A DNA stretch of 64,000 nt from Synechococcus sp. (GTDB lineage Bacteria > Cyanobacteriota > Cyanobacteriia > PCC-6307 > Cyanobiaceae): assembly GCA_047284725.1 (NCBI GenBank), contig JBJBEO010000001.1:1624203-1688202 (forward strand). Direction: 5' to 3'. The notes under the pieces were generated by a model. That model saw only the letters and a program-made list of their open reading frames with translations, was not told the DNA's origin and did no database searches. Below are positions 43,592-54,477 of this stretch, piece after piece (positions within the stretch are counted from its first letter, which is position 1; each line of letters opens with the position of its first letter). The position numbers and the translations under genes were made by a program.

Positions 43592-43957
43592 TCAGGCGGC
43601 CAAACAGCTGAGGCGACCCAGCCCAGCCGAGGCGAGACCTGCGCTGAGATCTTGCTCTTCACCCAACGGTGTGACGCGGGCGATCAAGGTACCCTCCACC
43701 GACCCCTCAGGGCGAAGGTTCACCCGGCGACGCCTCGGGAGAGCGTGTTTCAACCAATCGAGGGCTGCCTGCTCATCGGCAGGGTTGACCTCAAGACAAG
43801 CAAGCTGAACGGTGTAATTACGATTGCGATCACCGATCTGCAACAACGACGAGGAGCGCACCTGCAACACCTCAGCGGCGATGGCCTGGGGCGCCATGGC
43901 GACCAAGGCAAGCAGGATCAGACCAAGGGCCAGGCCACGACTCATCCAACCAGCCAT
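43592..43957 (-). CDS. secreted SNase/thermonuclease-like protein
   Basis: Signal peptide, AEVLQVR...LQIGD.NR.YTV.LAC. TGATG coupling to ilvB. Confidence 0.65.
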   Translation of the reverse strand: MAGWMSRGLALGLILLALVAMAPQAIAAEVLQVRSSSLLQIGDRNRNYTVQLACLEVNPADEQAALDWLKHALPRRRRVNLRPEGSVEGTLIARVTPLGEEQDLSAGLASAGLGRLSCLAA

Positions 43958-45810
43958 CAGAGCGAGGCTCCGCAGGTGGGGCAGAAACGGTGATCGTGGC
44001 TGGTGATGGCTCCACAGGAACCACAGGTGCGCCTCGCGTCCATCGCCAGCTCGGGATGAGAAGGAAGACCCACCATCTGGGCATTGCTGCAACCAGGGGG
44101 CACCATCGGGTAGCAGTTCTCGCCTCGACGAACACGGACATCAATCAACGTCGGGCCGGGAGCCTCCAGGGCATCGCGCAGATCTGATCCAAGCGTCTCC
44201 CGGCGATCAATACGAACACCACGCACACCGAAGGATTCAGCCAAGCCCACAAAATCAGGCATCCCGGTTTGCATGTTTGAAGCGGAATAGCGCTCCTCGT
44301 AGAAACTCTCCTGCCACTGGCGCACCATCCCTTGCCACTGGTTGTTCACAATCACCACCTTCACGGGCAGCTGATATTGGGCGAGGGTTCCCAGCTCCTG
44401 AATGTTCATCAGGATGCTGGCGTCTCCGGCAACGCAAACCACCCTCTGATCGGGGAACGCTGCCTGAGCCCCCATCGCAGCAGGCATCCCGAATCCCATG
44501 GTGCCGAGACCGGCACTGCTGATCCATTGACGGGGGCCGTTGCGAAGGTACTGGGCCGACCACATCTGGTGCTGCCCCACGTCAGTGGTGACGATGGCCC
44601 CAGTACAGAGATCGCGAAGGGCAATCAACACCTCCTGCGGATAAATCGCACCATCGGGATTGGGAACGGTGAGGGGATAGCGCTGTTTCCAGCTTTCGAT
44701 CTTGGCCAGCCAGGCCCCGGTCGTTGGGGTCACATCACGTTGCCGGCTGCGCTGCATCAACTGGGTCATGCTCTGGCCGAGGTCCCCCAGCACAGCCACC
44801 TCCGCCAGGCGGGTCTTGCCGATCTCCGCCGGATCGATTTCGAAGTGCACAACCCTGGCACGGGGAGCGAAGGTGTCGAGCTTGCCCGTGACCCGATCAT
44901 CAAAGCGGGCACCCACGGCAATCAGGAGATCGCACTCGGTGACGGCAAAATTGGCATAGGCCGTGCCATGCATCCCAAGCATCCCCACCGAGAGGGGATC
45001 GTTCTCATCAAAGGCACCCTTGCCCATCAAGGTGGTGGTGACGGGCAGCTGGTGACGGTGAGCCAGCTCTGCGAGTGACGCATGAACACCGGCAGAGATG
45101 GCCCCCCCGCCCACATACAGCAGGGGTCGCTGTGCCTGCTGGATCAGGTCGAGGGCGGCATCAAGGGCAGCGGGATCCGGTTGTTGCGGTTGCCGGAATC
45201 CATTCGGCACTACAGCCCCGGGCTCAACCGGCACGTAATCAAATTCCTCCTGACCCACGTCCTTGGGGATATCGATCAACACAGGGCCTGGACGCCCGGA
45301 GGCTGCAATGAAGAAGGCCTGCGCCACCACCGAGGCGAGATCGGCCGGATCGCGCACCACCCAGGAGTGCTTCACAATCGGCAGGGTGATGCCGAAGATG
45401 TCGGTTTCCTGAAAGGCGTCGGTGCCAATGGCGGGGCGCGGCACCTGGCCCGTGATCACCACCATCGGCACCGAATCCATCTGAGCTGTGGCAATGCCGG
45501 TGACCAGATTGGTCGCGCCAGGACCCGATGTTCCAAAACAGACGCCCACCCGACCGGTTGCACGGGCATAGGCATCGGCGGCGTGGGTGCCTGCCTGCTC
45601 ATGGCGGACAAGGATGTGGCGGACCCATCCCTGGGACTCCGCCACATGCAGGGCGTCATAGATGGGAAGGATCGCCCCACCCGGATAGCCGAAAATGGTG
45701 TCAACGCCGTGACGGCGCAGGGAATCCATCAGTGCTTCGGCACCAGTGATCCGTCGCCTGCTCTCCTCCAGGGAGGCACCGGGGACCGTTGGCGCAGAAG
45801 TCAGGGTCAC
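43957..45810 (-). CDS. ilvB: acetolactate synthase large subunit
   Basis: [37 protein letters not shown]. Confidence 0.96.
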   Translation of the reverse strand: MTLTSAPTVPGASLEESRRRITGAEALMDSLRRHGVDTIFGYPGGAILPIYDALHVAESQGWVRHILVRHEQAGTHAADAYARATGRVGVCFGTSGPGATNLVTGIATAQMDSVPMVVITGQVPRPAIGTDAFQETDIFGITLPIVKHSWVVRDPADLASVVAQAFFIAASGRPGPVLIDIPKDVGQEEFDYVPVEPGAVVPNGFRQPQQPDPAALDAALDLIQQAQRPLLYVGGGAISAGVHASLAELAHRHQLPVTTTLMGKGAFDENDPLSVGMLGMHGTAYANFAVTECDLLIAVGARFDDRVTGKLDTFAPRARVVHFEIDPAEIGKTRLAEVAVLGDLGQSMTQLMQRSRQRDVTPTTGAWLAKIESWKQRYPLTVPNPDGAIYPQEVLIALRDLCTGAIVTTDVGQHQMWSAQYLRNGPRQWISSAGLGTMGFGMPAAMGAQAAFPDQRVVCVAGDASILMNIQELGTLAQYQLPVKVVIVNNQWQGMVRQWQESFYEERYSASNMQTGMPDFVGLAESFGVRGVRIDRRETLGSDLRDALEAPGPTLIDVRVRRGENCYPMVPPGCSNAQMVGLPSHPELAMDARRTCGSCGAITSHDHRFCPTCGASL

Positions 45811-45868
45811 AGTGACGTCACAAGTAGCCGATCCTCAGATTAGGTGCCCACCCGTCGTACGGGGCTGT

Positions 45869-47044
45869 TCAGAGCAGCCCGAGAGCATGGAGAGGTCCAT
45901 GGCCACTGACCAGTTCCAAGAGAAAGGCCGAGAAACCCACCATCGCCAGACGGCCATTCCAGACCTCGGAACTGTTGTTCCAGCCCCATTCCCATTTCTC
46001 CTGGGGATAGAGCTTGACGGTGGTAGGGAGTTCAGCGGCCTGGTCAAGATTGACCTCCGGGCCATCAAGGCTCGCCGCCACCATGTCGGCCAACCCCTTG
46101 ATGAAGGGGGGATAGGTATCGAGCGCTCGAACCCGACGGAAATTGACCACACCGGCTTCCGTGGCCAACTCTCGGTATTCGATATCAATTTCCTCGAGCG
46201 TTTCGATGTGCTCACTGACGAAACTGATGGGAACCACGACGAGATCGCGGGTCTTGGCCTCACCGAGCGCCTCAAGGGCCTCTTCGGTGTAGGGCTTGAG
46301 CCATTCCACAGGGCCCACGCGGCTCTGATAAGCGAGGGTGTGAGGATTCTTGGCGCCGAGAATTGACTCCAGCTCCGTCATGATCAGGTCTGTGCAGGCC
46401 TCGATCTCCTGCTGGTAGGGATCACCGGCCTCTTCGACGTAACTCTTGGGAACGCCGTGGGCACTGAAGAAGACATGGGCTTCCCCCGGGACATCCGACG
46501 CACGGACCTGATCGGCGATCAGTTCCGCCATGGAACGCACGTAACCGGGATGGTCAAACCAGCTCCTGATGCAGCGCAGGGGGAGCTGTTGAAACGCAGG
46601 ATCCAGCTGGCGAAGACGCTGCAATTCACGAAAGCTTGAACCGCTGGTACTGATGGAAAAATGGGGATAGAGGGGCAGCACCACCACTTCCTCAATGCCA
46701 TCAGCCTTGAGGTCGGCCACGGCGGATTCAGTGAAGGGATGCCAGTAGCGCATCGCCACATACGAAGTGGCTTCGATCCCGCGCTGACGAAGCTCGCTCT
46801 GCAGTTCACGGGCCTGCTGCTCGGTGATCCGGCGCAGAGGGGAACCGCCACCGATCGAACGGTAAGCCTCCTGTGATTTGCTGCTGCGAAGGGTGCTGAT
46901 CAGCCAGGCCAAGGGTTTTTGCAGGGCTGGGATCGGCAGGCGGATGATCTCCGGGTCTGCGAACAGGTTGTAGAGAAAAGGCCCCACATCCTGGATCCGC
47001 TCCGGTCCGCCGAGATTGAGCAGAAGGACGCCGACCCGGGCCAT
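45869..47044 (-). CDS. hemH: ferrochelatase with C-terminal CAB domain
   Basis: [32 protein letters not shown], then EVWNGRLAM. Confidence 0.96.
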   Translation of the reverse strand: MARVGVLLLNLGGPERIQDVGPFLYNLFADPEIIRLPIPALQKPLAWLISTLRSSKSQEAYRSIGGGSPLRRITEQQARELQSELRQRGIEATSYVAMRYWHPFTESAVADLKADGIEEVVVLPLYPHFSISTSGSSFRELQRLRQLDPAFQQLPLRCIRSWFDHPGYVRSMAELIADQVRASDVPGEAHVFFSAHGVPKSYVEEAGDPYQQEIEACTDLIMTELESILGAKNPHTLAYQSRVGPVEWLKPYTEEALEALGEAKTRDLVVVPISFVSEHIETLEEIDIEYRELATEAGVVNFRRVRALDTYPPFIKGLADMVAASLDGPEVNLDQAAELPTTVKLYPQEKWEWGWNNSSEVWNGRLAMVGFSAFLLELVSGHGPLHALGLL

Positions 47045-47136
47045 TGAGCAGCCGCTGACAGAAGTGGAGTTGAGCGTAACCCCCATCGCTGCCAAGGTGG
47101 CACCATTCGACTGGTGGTGATTGCCAGATCAGCGGC

Positions 47137-48357
47137 ATGGACCTGAGTGCAGATCTCACCACGATCAACGCCTCGCTTCAGGCTGAGGGGTGTCGGCTTC
47201 GGATTGAACAGCGGGGGCAACGTCTCAATCTGCGTGGCCCCCTTCCGTGTCGAACCACTGAAGGCAAACAACGGACCCAGAGGCTGAGCCTTGGCCTGTC
47301 GGCCAACCACGACGGCCTGGAGGAGGCGCGCCAACTGCTGCATCTCGTCGATCTGCAATTACGGCGCAACCAGTTCGACTGGCGGCAATGGACCCAGGTG
47401 CCCACCAGCGGCTCCGCAGGGTGTGCAACCGACTCGGGCGAGGGCAACAACCGTGCAGGAAAGAAACGGTCACCTTCGCTGGAGCATCTGCTTGACGACT
47501 TTGAAGACAGTTTCTTCAGGGATCCCCAGCGACGCCGTTCTCCCGCCGGCAGCCGCACCACCTGGAGCTCCGCCTACAGGCCTTATCTGCGCCGCCTGAG
47601 AGACCTGTCCATGGAGCATCAGCGAGTGCTCGACAGCGATCTGCTCAGTCTCACCCTGGCCAGCTACGCCGACGGCAGTCGCAGCCGCCAACAATGCGCC
47701 ACAACCCTGGCGGCCCTGGCTCGTCATTGCGGCATCCCTCTTCCCGACAACTGGCGTGCTGAAGCCGGGGGGTACGGCCTGCACCGGGCCCGCTTCAGGC
47801 AGCTACCGACCGATCCCCAGATTCTGGAAGCTGTCCTGACCATCCCCAATCCCTCCTGGCGCCTGGTCTTCGGTTTGATGGCCACCTACGGGCTCCGCAA
47901 CCACGAGGTGTTTTTCGCAGACCTCACCTCGCTGGCTGCGGGAGGGGATCAGGTGCTTCGGGTCCTGCCCACCACAAAAACGGGAGAACACCAGGTGTGG
48001 CCCTTTCACCCCGACTGGGTGGAGCGCTTCCAACTCGGCGCGCTCGGCACGGATCCAACACTGTTGCCAACCATCTGCACCGATTTACGCCGCACCACGC
48101 TCCAGCAGGTGGGACGCCGGGTCGCCGAGCAGTTCCGCCGTTACGACCTGCCACTGACGCCCTACGACCTGCGCCACGCCTGGGCCGTACGCACGATTCA
48201 CATCGGCCTGCCCGACACCGTGGCCGCCAGGATGATGGGGCACTCCGTGGCCATTCACACCCGCACCTACCACCACTGGATCACCCGTCGTGATCAGCAA
48301 CAGGCGGTGGATACAGCCCTGGCCCGACACCTTGGTGTTCGAAAGTCCGCCTCATGA
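47137..48357 (+). CDS. tyrosine recombinase (phage integrase/XisA-like family)
   Basis: TYGLRNHE, TKTG, PYDLRHAWA, MMGHS, H..TY. Confidence 0.88.
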   Translation: MDLSADLTTINASLQAEGCRLRIEQRGQRLNLRGPLPCRTTEGKQRTQRLSLGLSANHDGLEEARQLLHLVDLQLRRNQFDWRQWTQVPTSGSAGCATDSGEGNNRAGKKRSPSLEHLLDDFEDSFFRDPQRRRSPAGSRTTWSSAYRPYLRRLRDLSMEHQRVLDSDLLSLTLASYADGSRSRQQCATTLAALARHCGIPLPDNWRAEAGGYGLHRARFRQLPTDPQILEAVLTIPNPSWRLVFGLMATYGLRNHEVFFADLTSLAAGGDQVLRVLPTTKTGEHQVWPFHPDWVERFQLGALGTDPTLLPTICTDLRRTTLQQVGRRVAEQFRRYDLPLTPYDLRHAWAVRTIHIGLPDTVAARMMGHSVAIHTRTYHHWITRRDQQQAVDTALARHLGVRKSAS

Positions 48358-49028
48358 CTTCGTTTCTCCGCCCTCTGGCCTACCGCCATCGCTGGATTTA
48401 CGACACCGTCACCGCCGTGTCGTCCCTCAGCGTGGGCGGGGTTGAGAAACTCCGGCGCCTGGGGCTCGAAGCGCTGGCTCCTCACCTCAAGCCAGGTGCA
48501 TCCGTGCTGGACCTGTGCTGCGGAAGTGGAGAGGCCGCGGCACCATGGCTGGAAGCCGGGTTCAAGGTGACGGGGCTCGACGTCTCCCCGCGGGCTCTCG
48601 AGCTCGCTGCCCAGCGTCACCCGACGATGCAGCGGATCGAAGGCCTTGCAGAGGATCCCCCCCTTGGTGATGGCAGCTTTGATGCCATTCAGCTCAGCGT
48701 GGCCCTTCACGAATTTCCCCGGCGCGAACGAGCGATGGTTTTGGAGCAATGCCTGAGATTGCTCCGGCCGGAGGGCTGGCTCGTGGTGGTGGACCTGCAC
48801 CCGGCAGGCCCCTGGCTGCGTCTGCCCCAACAGCTGTTCTGCGCCCTGTTCGAAACGGAAACGGCGACGGCCATGCTGGAGGACGATCTGCCATCCCAGC
48901 TTCAAGCCATTGGCTTCTCCCAGGTGAGCAGCCAACGACTCGCTGGCGATGCCCTTCAACGGATCACGGCCACCTGTCCATGGTCCGCAGCAGCCAGCAC
49001 CCTCACCCCCTGCATCCATCAGCGATGA
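48354..49028 (+). CDS. class I SAM-dependent methyltransferase
   Basis: VLDLCCGSG, GLDVS, ALHE, RLLRPEG. Confidence 0.88.
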   Translation: MTSFLRPLAYRHRWIYDTVTAVSSLSVGGVEKLRRLGLEALAPHLKPGASVLDLCCGSGEAAAPWLEAGFKVTGLDVSPRALELAAQRHPTMQRIEGLAEDPPLGDGSFDAIQLSVALHEFPRRERAMVLEQCLRLLRPEGWLVVVDLHPAGPWLRLPQQLFCALFETETATAMLEDDLPSQLQAIGFSQVSSQRLAGDALQRITATCPWSAAASTLTPCIHQR

Positions 49029-49690
49029 GCACCAACAACCTCGACCGTGCCGCCAGCGAACTGGGGATGGGGGGCAGGCTCGCCCCTGAACAGGACGACG
49101 CCGGCTATCGCAAGCGCATGGAACGGCGCCAGGAGGTGCAACGCCAGAGGGTGGAGGAACGCAACAAGGAGAAAGGGTTGGTGGTGGTCACCACCGGCCA
49201 GGGGAAAGGCAAGACCACGGCAGGACTGGGGCTGGCGTTGCGCACCCTGGGCCATGGCGAACGGGTGGCGGTGGTGCAATTCATCAAGGGTGGATGGGAG
49301 CCTGGAGAAGCCAGGGCACTCAAGGCCTTTGGCGACCAGATCGCCTGGCATGCCCTCGGCGAAGGCTTCACCTGGGAAACCCAAGACAGAGAACGCGACC
49401 AGCAACTGGTGGCAAGCGCCTGGGAGACCGCCCTGAGCTATCTCCATGACAGCAGCATCAAATTGGTGCTGTTGGATGAACTGAATGTGGCGCTCAAACT
49501 GGGCTACATCGAGTTGGATGTGGTGCTGGAAGGCTTGCGTCAACGCCCGGAGCTCTGCCATGTGGCCATCACCGGTCGTGGGGCACCCCAGGGACTGATC
49601 GAAGCCGCCGACCTGGTGACCGAGATGACCCTGGTGAAACATCCGTTTCGGGAGCAGGGGGTCAAAGCTCAAGCAGGCATTGAATTCTGA
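49025..49690 (+). CDS. cobO: cob(I)alamin adenosyltransferase
   Basis: TG.GKGKTTA, VQFIKG, GEGFTW, LLDE, ITGR, GIEF. Confidence 0.95.
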   Translation: MSTNNLDRAASELGMGGRLAPEQDDAGYRKRMERRQEVQRQRVEERNKEKGLVVVTTGQGKGKTTAGLGLALRTLGHGERVAVVQFIKGGWEPGEARALKAFGDQIAWHALGEGFTWETQDRERDQQLVASAWETALSYLHDSSIKLVLLDELNVALKLGYIELDVVLEGLRQRPELCHVAITGRGAPQGLIEAADLVTEMTLVKHPFREQGVKAQAGIEF

Positions 49691-49697
49691 ACGAATC

Positions 49698-49883
49698 TCA
49701 GGCCTGATCGAGATCGTCACGCAGCAACCACGAGGCGGCCGTGAGCACCGACAGACCGCTCACCAGCAAAGCTCGATGCACAATCGGATCGCTCCAGCAG
49801 GAAGGGTCCTGACTGGCGCGATCGAGCGCTGAAAGCGTGAGCCGAGCCATCACCCCACTGCGTGGTGTGCCGTCATCAGCCAT
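49698..49883 (-). CDS. small hypothetical protein
   Basis: 61-aa ATG ORF filling the cobO-pyrH gap, with a C-terminal hydrophobic helix. Confidence 0.6.
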   Translation of the reverse strand: MADDGTPRSGVMARLTLSALDRASQDPSCWSDPIVHRALLVSGLSVLTAASWLLRDDLDQA

Positions 49884-49996
49884 GAACGGATCCCAGTTGC
49901 TTCATCCAAGCGTCTTTTGATGGCTTGACCAGCCCTGCGTCCACGGCCTGGAAGCGGGGAACGCCCTTGCTACTGTCAAAAAGCTCTGGTGGATGA

Positions 49997-50710
49997 ATGG
50001 CTTACAAGCGTGCCCTGCTCAAACTCAGCGGCGAAGCGCTGATGGGTGATCAGGGATATGGCATCGATCCCGCCATCGTCCAGTCCATCGCCGAAGACGT
50101 CGCCAAGGTGATGGCCGCCGGTACGGAGCTGGCGATTGTGGTGGGCGGGGGCAATATTTTCCGCGGTCTGAAGGGATCGGCAGCGGGCATGGATCGTGCA
50201 ACTGCTGATTACGTGGGCATGCTCGCCACCGTGATGAATGCCATCACGCTGCAGGACGGTCTGGAGCGCGCAGGGGTGGAGACCCGGGTTCAAACCGCCA
50301 TCGGCATGCAGGAAGTGGCCGAGCCCTACATCCGCCGCAAAGCGATCCGCCATCTCGAGAAAGGTCGCGTCGTGGTCTTCGGCGCCGGCTGCGGGAATCC
50401 CTTTTTCACCACCGACACCACCGCTGCCCTTCGAGCTGCCGAAATCAACGCCGATGTGGTGTTCAAAGCCACCAAGGTGGATGGGGTCTACGACAAGGAT
50501 CCGGCCAAAAACACGGACGCGGTCAAGCATGAACACCTGACCTTCCAGCAGGTGCTCAGCGGCGAACTGGCGGTGATGGACAGCACAGCCATCGCCCTGT
50601 GCAAAGACAACAACATCCCCATCGTGGTCTTCAATCTGTTTGAACCTGGCAACATCGGCAGAGCCGTGGCTGGTGAACCGATTGGTTCCCGCATCAGCAA
50701 CGGCGCCTGA
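49997..50710 (+). CDS. pyrH: UMP kinase
   Basis: [30 protein letters not shown]. Confidence 0.97.
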   Translation: MAYKRALLKLSGEALMGDQGYGIDPAIVQSIAEDVAKVMAAGTELAIVVGGGNIFRGLKGSAAGMDRATADYVGMLATVMNAITLQDGLERAGVETRVQTAIGMQEVAEPYIRRKAIRHLEKGRVVVFGAGCGNPFFTTDTTAALRAAEINADVVFKATKVDGVYDKDPAKNTDAVKHEHLTFQQVLSGELAVMDSTAIALCKDNNIPIVVFNLFEPGNIGRAVAGEPIGSRISNGA

Positions 50711-50756
50711 GCGACCCAGCCGCTGATCCCGCCTCCGTCACGCCCCCAAGGACGCC

Positions 50757-51305
50757 ATGTCGAAGCAAGAACTCGAAGCCAGCATGCAGAAATCGCTGGA
50801 AGCCACCCAGCGCATGTTCAACACGATCCGCACCGGTCGTGCCAATCCATCCCTGCTGGATCGCATCAGCGTTGAGTACTACGGCGCCGACACACCGCTC
50901 AAATCACTCGCCACCCTGTCGACTCCCGACTCCCAGACGATTCAGATCCAACCGTTCGATATCAGTGCCCTCGCCTCGATCGAGAAGGCGATCGCGATGA
51001 GCGAGCTGGGCTTCACCCCCAACAACGACGGCAAGATCATTCGCATCAATGTGCCGCCCCTCACCGAGGAACGTCGCAAGGAGTTCTGCAAACTCGCCTC
51101 CAAATATGCCGAAGAGGGCAAGGTCGCTCTGCGCAATATCCGCCGCGATGCGATCGACAAGATCAAAAAGCAGGAGAAGGAAGGCGAGTGCTCCGAAGAC
51201 CAAAGCCGCGATGAGCAGGATGGGGTTCAAAAGGTGCTCGATCAATTCATCGCTTCCCTTGAAAAGCACCTCGCCGAGAAGGAAGCTGACATCCTCAAGG
51301 TCTGA
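50757..51305 (+). CDS. frr: ribosome recycling factor
   Basis: [27 protein letters not shown]. Confidence 0.97.
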   Translation: MSKQELEASMQKSLEATQRMFNTIRTGRANPSLLDRISVEYYGADTPLKSLATLSTPDSQTIQIQPFDISALASIEKAIAMSELGFTPNNDGKIIRINVPPLTEERRKEFCKLASKYAEEGKVALRNIRRDAIDKIKKQEKEGECSEDQSRDEQDGVQKVLDQFIASLEKHLAEKEADILKV

Positions 51306-51319
51306 TCGCTGATCCAGGT

Positions 51320-52465
51320 GTGAGCAGCTCCGACGTAGTCGTGATCGGCGCCGGCGCTGCCGGTGCCGCGGCAGCTTTCCATCTCAGTGCCGCTGGCCAC
51401 AGGGTCACCGTGCTCGAACGCGATGGTGGTGACGTGGCGATCGCAGGTCGAATCAAGCCCTGTGGTGGGGGCATGGCTGCCTCTGTGCAGCAGTGGTTCC
51501 CCTTCGATCTCGCACCGGCAGTCGATGAAGTGATTGAACGGGTGGAGTTCAGCTGGTGCCTTGAGGATCCGGTGGTCGCCGAATTACCAGGGTCCGCACC
51601 GTTCTGGATCGTGCGACGCGAACGCCTTGATGCCCTGGTGCTGTCCAAGGCGATTGAGCACGGCGCCGATCTTCAGAGCGGGTTCACCGTGACGCAGGTT
51701 CAGAAACAGGACGGGCGTTGGCAGGTGCAGTCCGCCGATGGTCGCTGTCATGAGGCCAGAGCCCTGGTGATCGCTGACGGCTCCGGCTCCCCCTGGCCAG
51801 AAAGTCTGGGACTGGGCCCCTCCAGCCTGCATTGCGCCACCACAACGTCGGTCCGGCTGGAAGGCCGTGGAGCCCTGCGTTCCGGCTCGGCAAGATTTGA
51901 ATTTGGCCTGGTGCATCACGGCTTTGCCTGGGCCTTCCCCATGGGGGATGGGGTCAACGTGGGGGTGGGCACGTTCATCGGCCGCAACGCCGCCGACAGT
52001 GATGCGGTGCTGTCGGCACTCCTGCCTGATCTGGGCTTCGCGGCCGATGCAGGCCTGCGGCAGCAGGCGAAGCTGCGGGTTTGGAATGGCCATCACCCCC
52101 TCCATGGGGACGGGGTCGTGGCTGTTGGCGACGCGGCTTCGCTGTGCGATCCCTTTCTGGCAGAAGGCCTTCGACCTGCGCTGATGAGCGGCTGCGAAGC
52201 CGCCGCCAGCCTCGATCGCTGGCTACGGGGAGAGCAACGCGACCTGGCGCCTTACACACGGACCATGCGGGAGCGCTGGGGGGATTCGATGGCTTGGGGC
52301 CGCAGAATCGCGCAGGTGTTCTACCGCTTCCCCAAGGTCGGCTATCAGCTCGGGATCAAGCGTCCTACAGCGCCCCAACGGATCGCCCAGATTCTCTCCG
52401 GCGACATGGGCTACGGCGATATCGCCCAGCGCGTGATCAAACGGCTCCTCCTCAAACGGGGTTAG
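51320..52465 (+). CDS. geranylgeranyl reductase family flavoprotein
   Basis: IGAGAAG, KPCGGG, ADG, WAFP, VGDAA...DPF.AEG. Confidence 0.85.
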   Translation: MSSSDVVVIGAGAAGAAAAFHLSAAGHRVTVLERDGGDVAIAGRIKPCGGGMAASVQQWFPFDLAPAVDEVIERVEFSWCLEDPVVAELPGSAPFWIVRRERLDALVLSKAIEHGADLQSGFTVTQVQKQDGRWQVQSADGRCHEARALVIADGSGSPWPESLGLGPSSLHCATTTSVRLEGRGALRSGSARFEFGLVHHGFAWAFPMGDGVNVGVGTFIGRNAADSDAVLSALLPDLGFAADAGLRQQAKLRVWNGHHPLHGDGVVAVGDAASLCDPFLAEGLRPALMSGCEAAASLDRWLRGEQRDLAPYTRTMRERWGDSMAWGRRIAQVFYRFPKVGYQLGIKRPTAPQRIAQILSGDMGYGDIAQRVIKRLLLKRG

Positions 52466-54015
52466 AGATCCAGCTGCAGCTGTTCAGCTCCGCTGACGTC
52501 GCCTCCCCGGCGACGTCGTGTGCGCTGGCGAGCCCCTGTAGGGGGCAAACCGGCCCTGCGTGAGCCGTGGCGCTGCTGAATCGCATCAGCAATGCGATCA
52601 AACCCCGCCTCACGCCGAATCGCCCAGATGCGATCCTTCGCCTCCCGCGCAGCAACGGCCGGATCGACGAGCGGAGCGGGATAGTCGATCCCGATTCGAC
52701 AGCCCAACCGTTCCGCCGTGGCAGCATCCATGCGCCACGGCTCATGCAGGTAGACATCCGGCACCGACTTCAGTTCAGGACACCACTGCCGAATGAAACG
52801 TCCTTGCGGATCGTGATCCTGGCCCTGCTTGATCGGGTTGTAGATCCGGATCGTATTGATCGACGTGCTGCCCGACTGCATCTGGCACTGACTCCAGTGA
52901 ATGCCTGGTTCATAGTCCACAAACTGCCGAGCCAGATGCAGGCCGCTCTGCCGCCAGGGCAACCAGAGGTGATAGCTCGCAAACGACATCAACATGGCCC
53001 GCATGCGGAAGTTGATCCAGCCATGGGCACGAAGAGCACGCATGCAGGCATCGACAAACGGCACCCCGGTGCCCCCTCCCGCCCAGGCCTGAAAGCGAAG
53101 GGCATCCCAGGGCCTGATATCACGCATGAAGGGATGAAAATCGTGAAACTCAATCGCCGGTTCGCTCTCCAGCTTCTGGATGAAATGGCAATGCCAATGC
53201 AAGCGGGAGCCGAAACTGTTCACACCGCGACCGGAGACGCGGCGACTGGCCTGCACAACCTCCCGCATTGAAAGGCATCCCCAGGTGAGATAGGGCGACA
53301 GCCGCGAACAGCCCTCGAAGGCAAGCAGAGGGCTGGAGAGGCTGCGGGCATAGGCCTGCACCCGATGGTCGAGAAACTCTCTCAACGCGAGCTCTCCACG
53401 GTCGCGCCCGCCGCGCTGACGCTGGGGGCAAGGGTCGGGGTTGAGTTGCAAATCCTCTGCACGGGGAATCTCCCCCAGGGGAATTCCTGGCAGAGGCGTC
53501 AGCTGCTGAGGCGCGGGCGTGATCGGTTCGGCCATGCGTTCCTCCCATCGCCGAGACCAGCCGTCCCGTCGGCGCAACGCCCGGGTGACGCCGAACTGCG
53601 GAATCTCAATCCAGGGGATGGCATGGGTGCGGGTCCAGGCCTTCACCGCCCGATCGCGGGCATAGGTGAAGCCGTTGCCGGTTTCCTCATGGCTCCAGAG
53701 CGCTGCAATGGGGAGAGAGCGCCGGGCTCGCTCCAACACAGACACCACCTCGCCGGAGCGCACCACCAGTGGCTGCCCCAGAGCGGCCAAGGCAAGGCGC
53801 AACGCCTGCAGGGATTCCCGGCAGAACGCCCATTGCCGTGCCGATGCGTCGGTTTGCTGCCAGAACGCCGGTTCGACGATGTACAGCGGCAGAACCGGGC
53901 CGTGGGCACAGGCCTCCAGCAAGGGGCGATGGTCGACGCTGCGCAGGTCGCGTTTGAACCACACCAGTTGCAGCGGAGTGCCGCCGTCGGTTGAGGCTGA
54001 ATCAGGGGCGCTCAC
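52462..54015 (-). CDS. photolyase/cryptochrome family protein
   Basis: WFKRDLR..D, SRLSPYL.WG, TG.PFVDACMR, DYEPGIH, RIYNP. Confidence 0.88.
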   Translation of the reverse strand: MSAPDSASTDGGTPLQLVWFKRDLRSVDHRPLLEACAHGPVLPLYIVEPAFWQQTDASARQWAFCRESLQALRLALAALGQPLVVRSGEVVSVLERARRSLPIAALWSHEETGNGFTYARDRAVKAWTRTHAIPWIEIPQFGVTRALRRRDGWSRRWEERMAEPITPAPQQLTPLPGIPLGEIPRAEDLQLNPDPCPQRQRGGRDRGELALREFLDHRVQAYARSLSSPLLAFEGCSRLSPYLTWGCLSMREVVQASRRVSGRGVNSFGSRLHWHCHFIQKLESEPAIEFHDFHPFMRDIRPWDALRFQAWAGGGTGVPFVDACMRALRAHGWINFRMRAMLMSFASYHLWLPWRQSGLHLARQFVDYEPGIHWSQCQMQSGSTSINTIRIYNPIKQGQDHDPQGRFIRQWCPELKSVPDVYLHEPWRMDAATAERLGCRIGIDYPAPLVDPAVAAREAKDRIWAIRREAGFDRIADAIQQRHGSRRAGLPPTGARQRTRRRRGGDVSGAEQLQLDL

Positions 54016-54388
54016 GCACTTTCAGATCACGTAAACGTTCATCGACCGAAGCCAGCAGTTCGATGGCGAACATCGGCGACTCCTGCACTGCAAAGAGAAA
54101 CTTCTCGCGATTCATCTCGATCAGCCGACAGGGAGTTTCGGCTGTGGCTGTCCCGAGACGTTGATGGTCATGAGTGACCAGAGCACCGGCACCGAACACG
54201 TCGCCGGCACGAATCAACTCATAGCCCTCCAGACCATCATCCGTTTTCCAGACAAGCCGAACGGTGCCCTCCAGCAGTCCGAACATCGACGCACCCGACT
54301 CCCCAGCCGAAAAGATCACCTCACCCGCCTGAGCTTCTCTGACCTCCCGTTTGGCGGCCAGAGCCCGCATGGTGTCCAGTGCATTCAT
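54002..54388 (-). CDS. stand-alone cyclic nucleotide-binding domain protein
   Basis: GEVIF..G, MF.LL.G.V, GDVFG..AL.....R..TA.A. No HTH. Confidence 0.85.
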   Translation of the reverse strand: MNALDTMRALAAKREVREAQAGEVIFSAGESGASMFGLLEGTVRLVWKTDDGLEGYELIRAGDVFGAGALVTHDHQRLGTATAETPCRLIEMNREKFLFAVQESPMFAIELLASVDERLRDLKVRERP

Positions 54389-54417
54389 GGCGCCACCCTC
54401 AGAGCCTGTTGCCATTC

Positions 54418-54450
54418 AAACGAAAAGGCCCCCACGGCGTTGAGGGGGCC
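54418..54450 (-). terminator. intrinsic terminator after tal
   Basis: Minus strand GGCCCCC-TCAACGCCGT-GGGGGCC followed by TTTTCGTTT. Confidence 0.65.
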
Positions 54451-54477
54451 CAGAGGATTGACGCCAACGACACGTGC

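Noticed and set aside
47137..49028. Integrase plus methyltransferase as a prophage, island or restriction-modification system
   Set aside because: The methyltransferase is a small-molecule class I type without DNA-MTase motifs, and there are no att sites, tRNA or phage genes.
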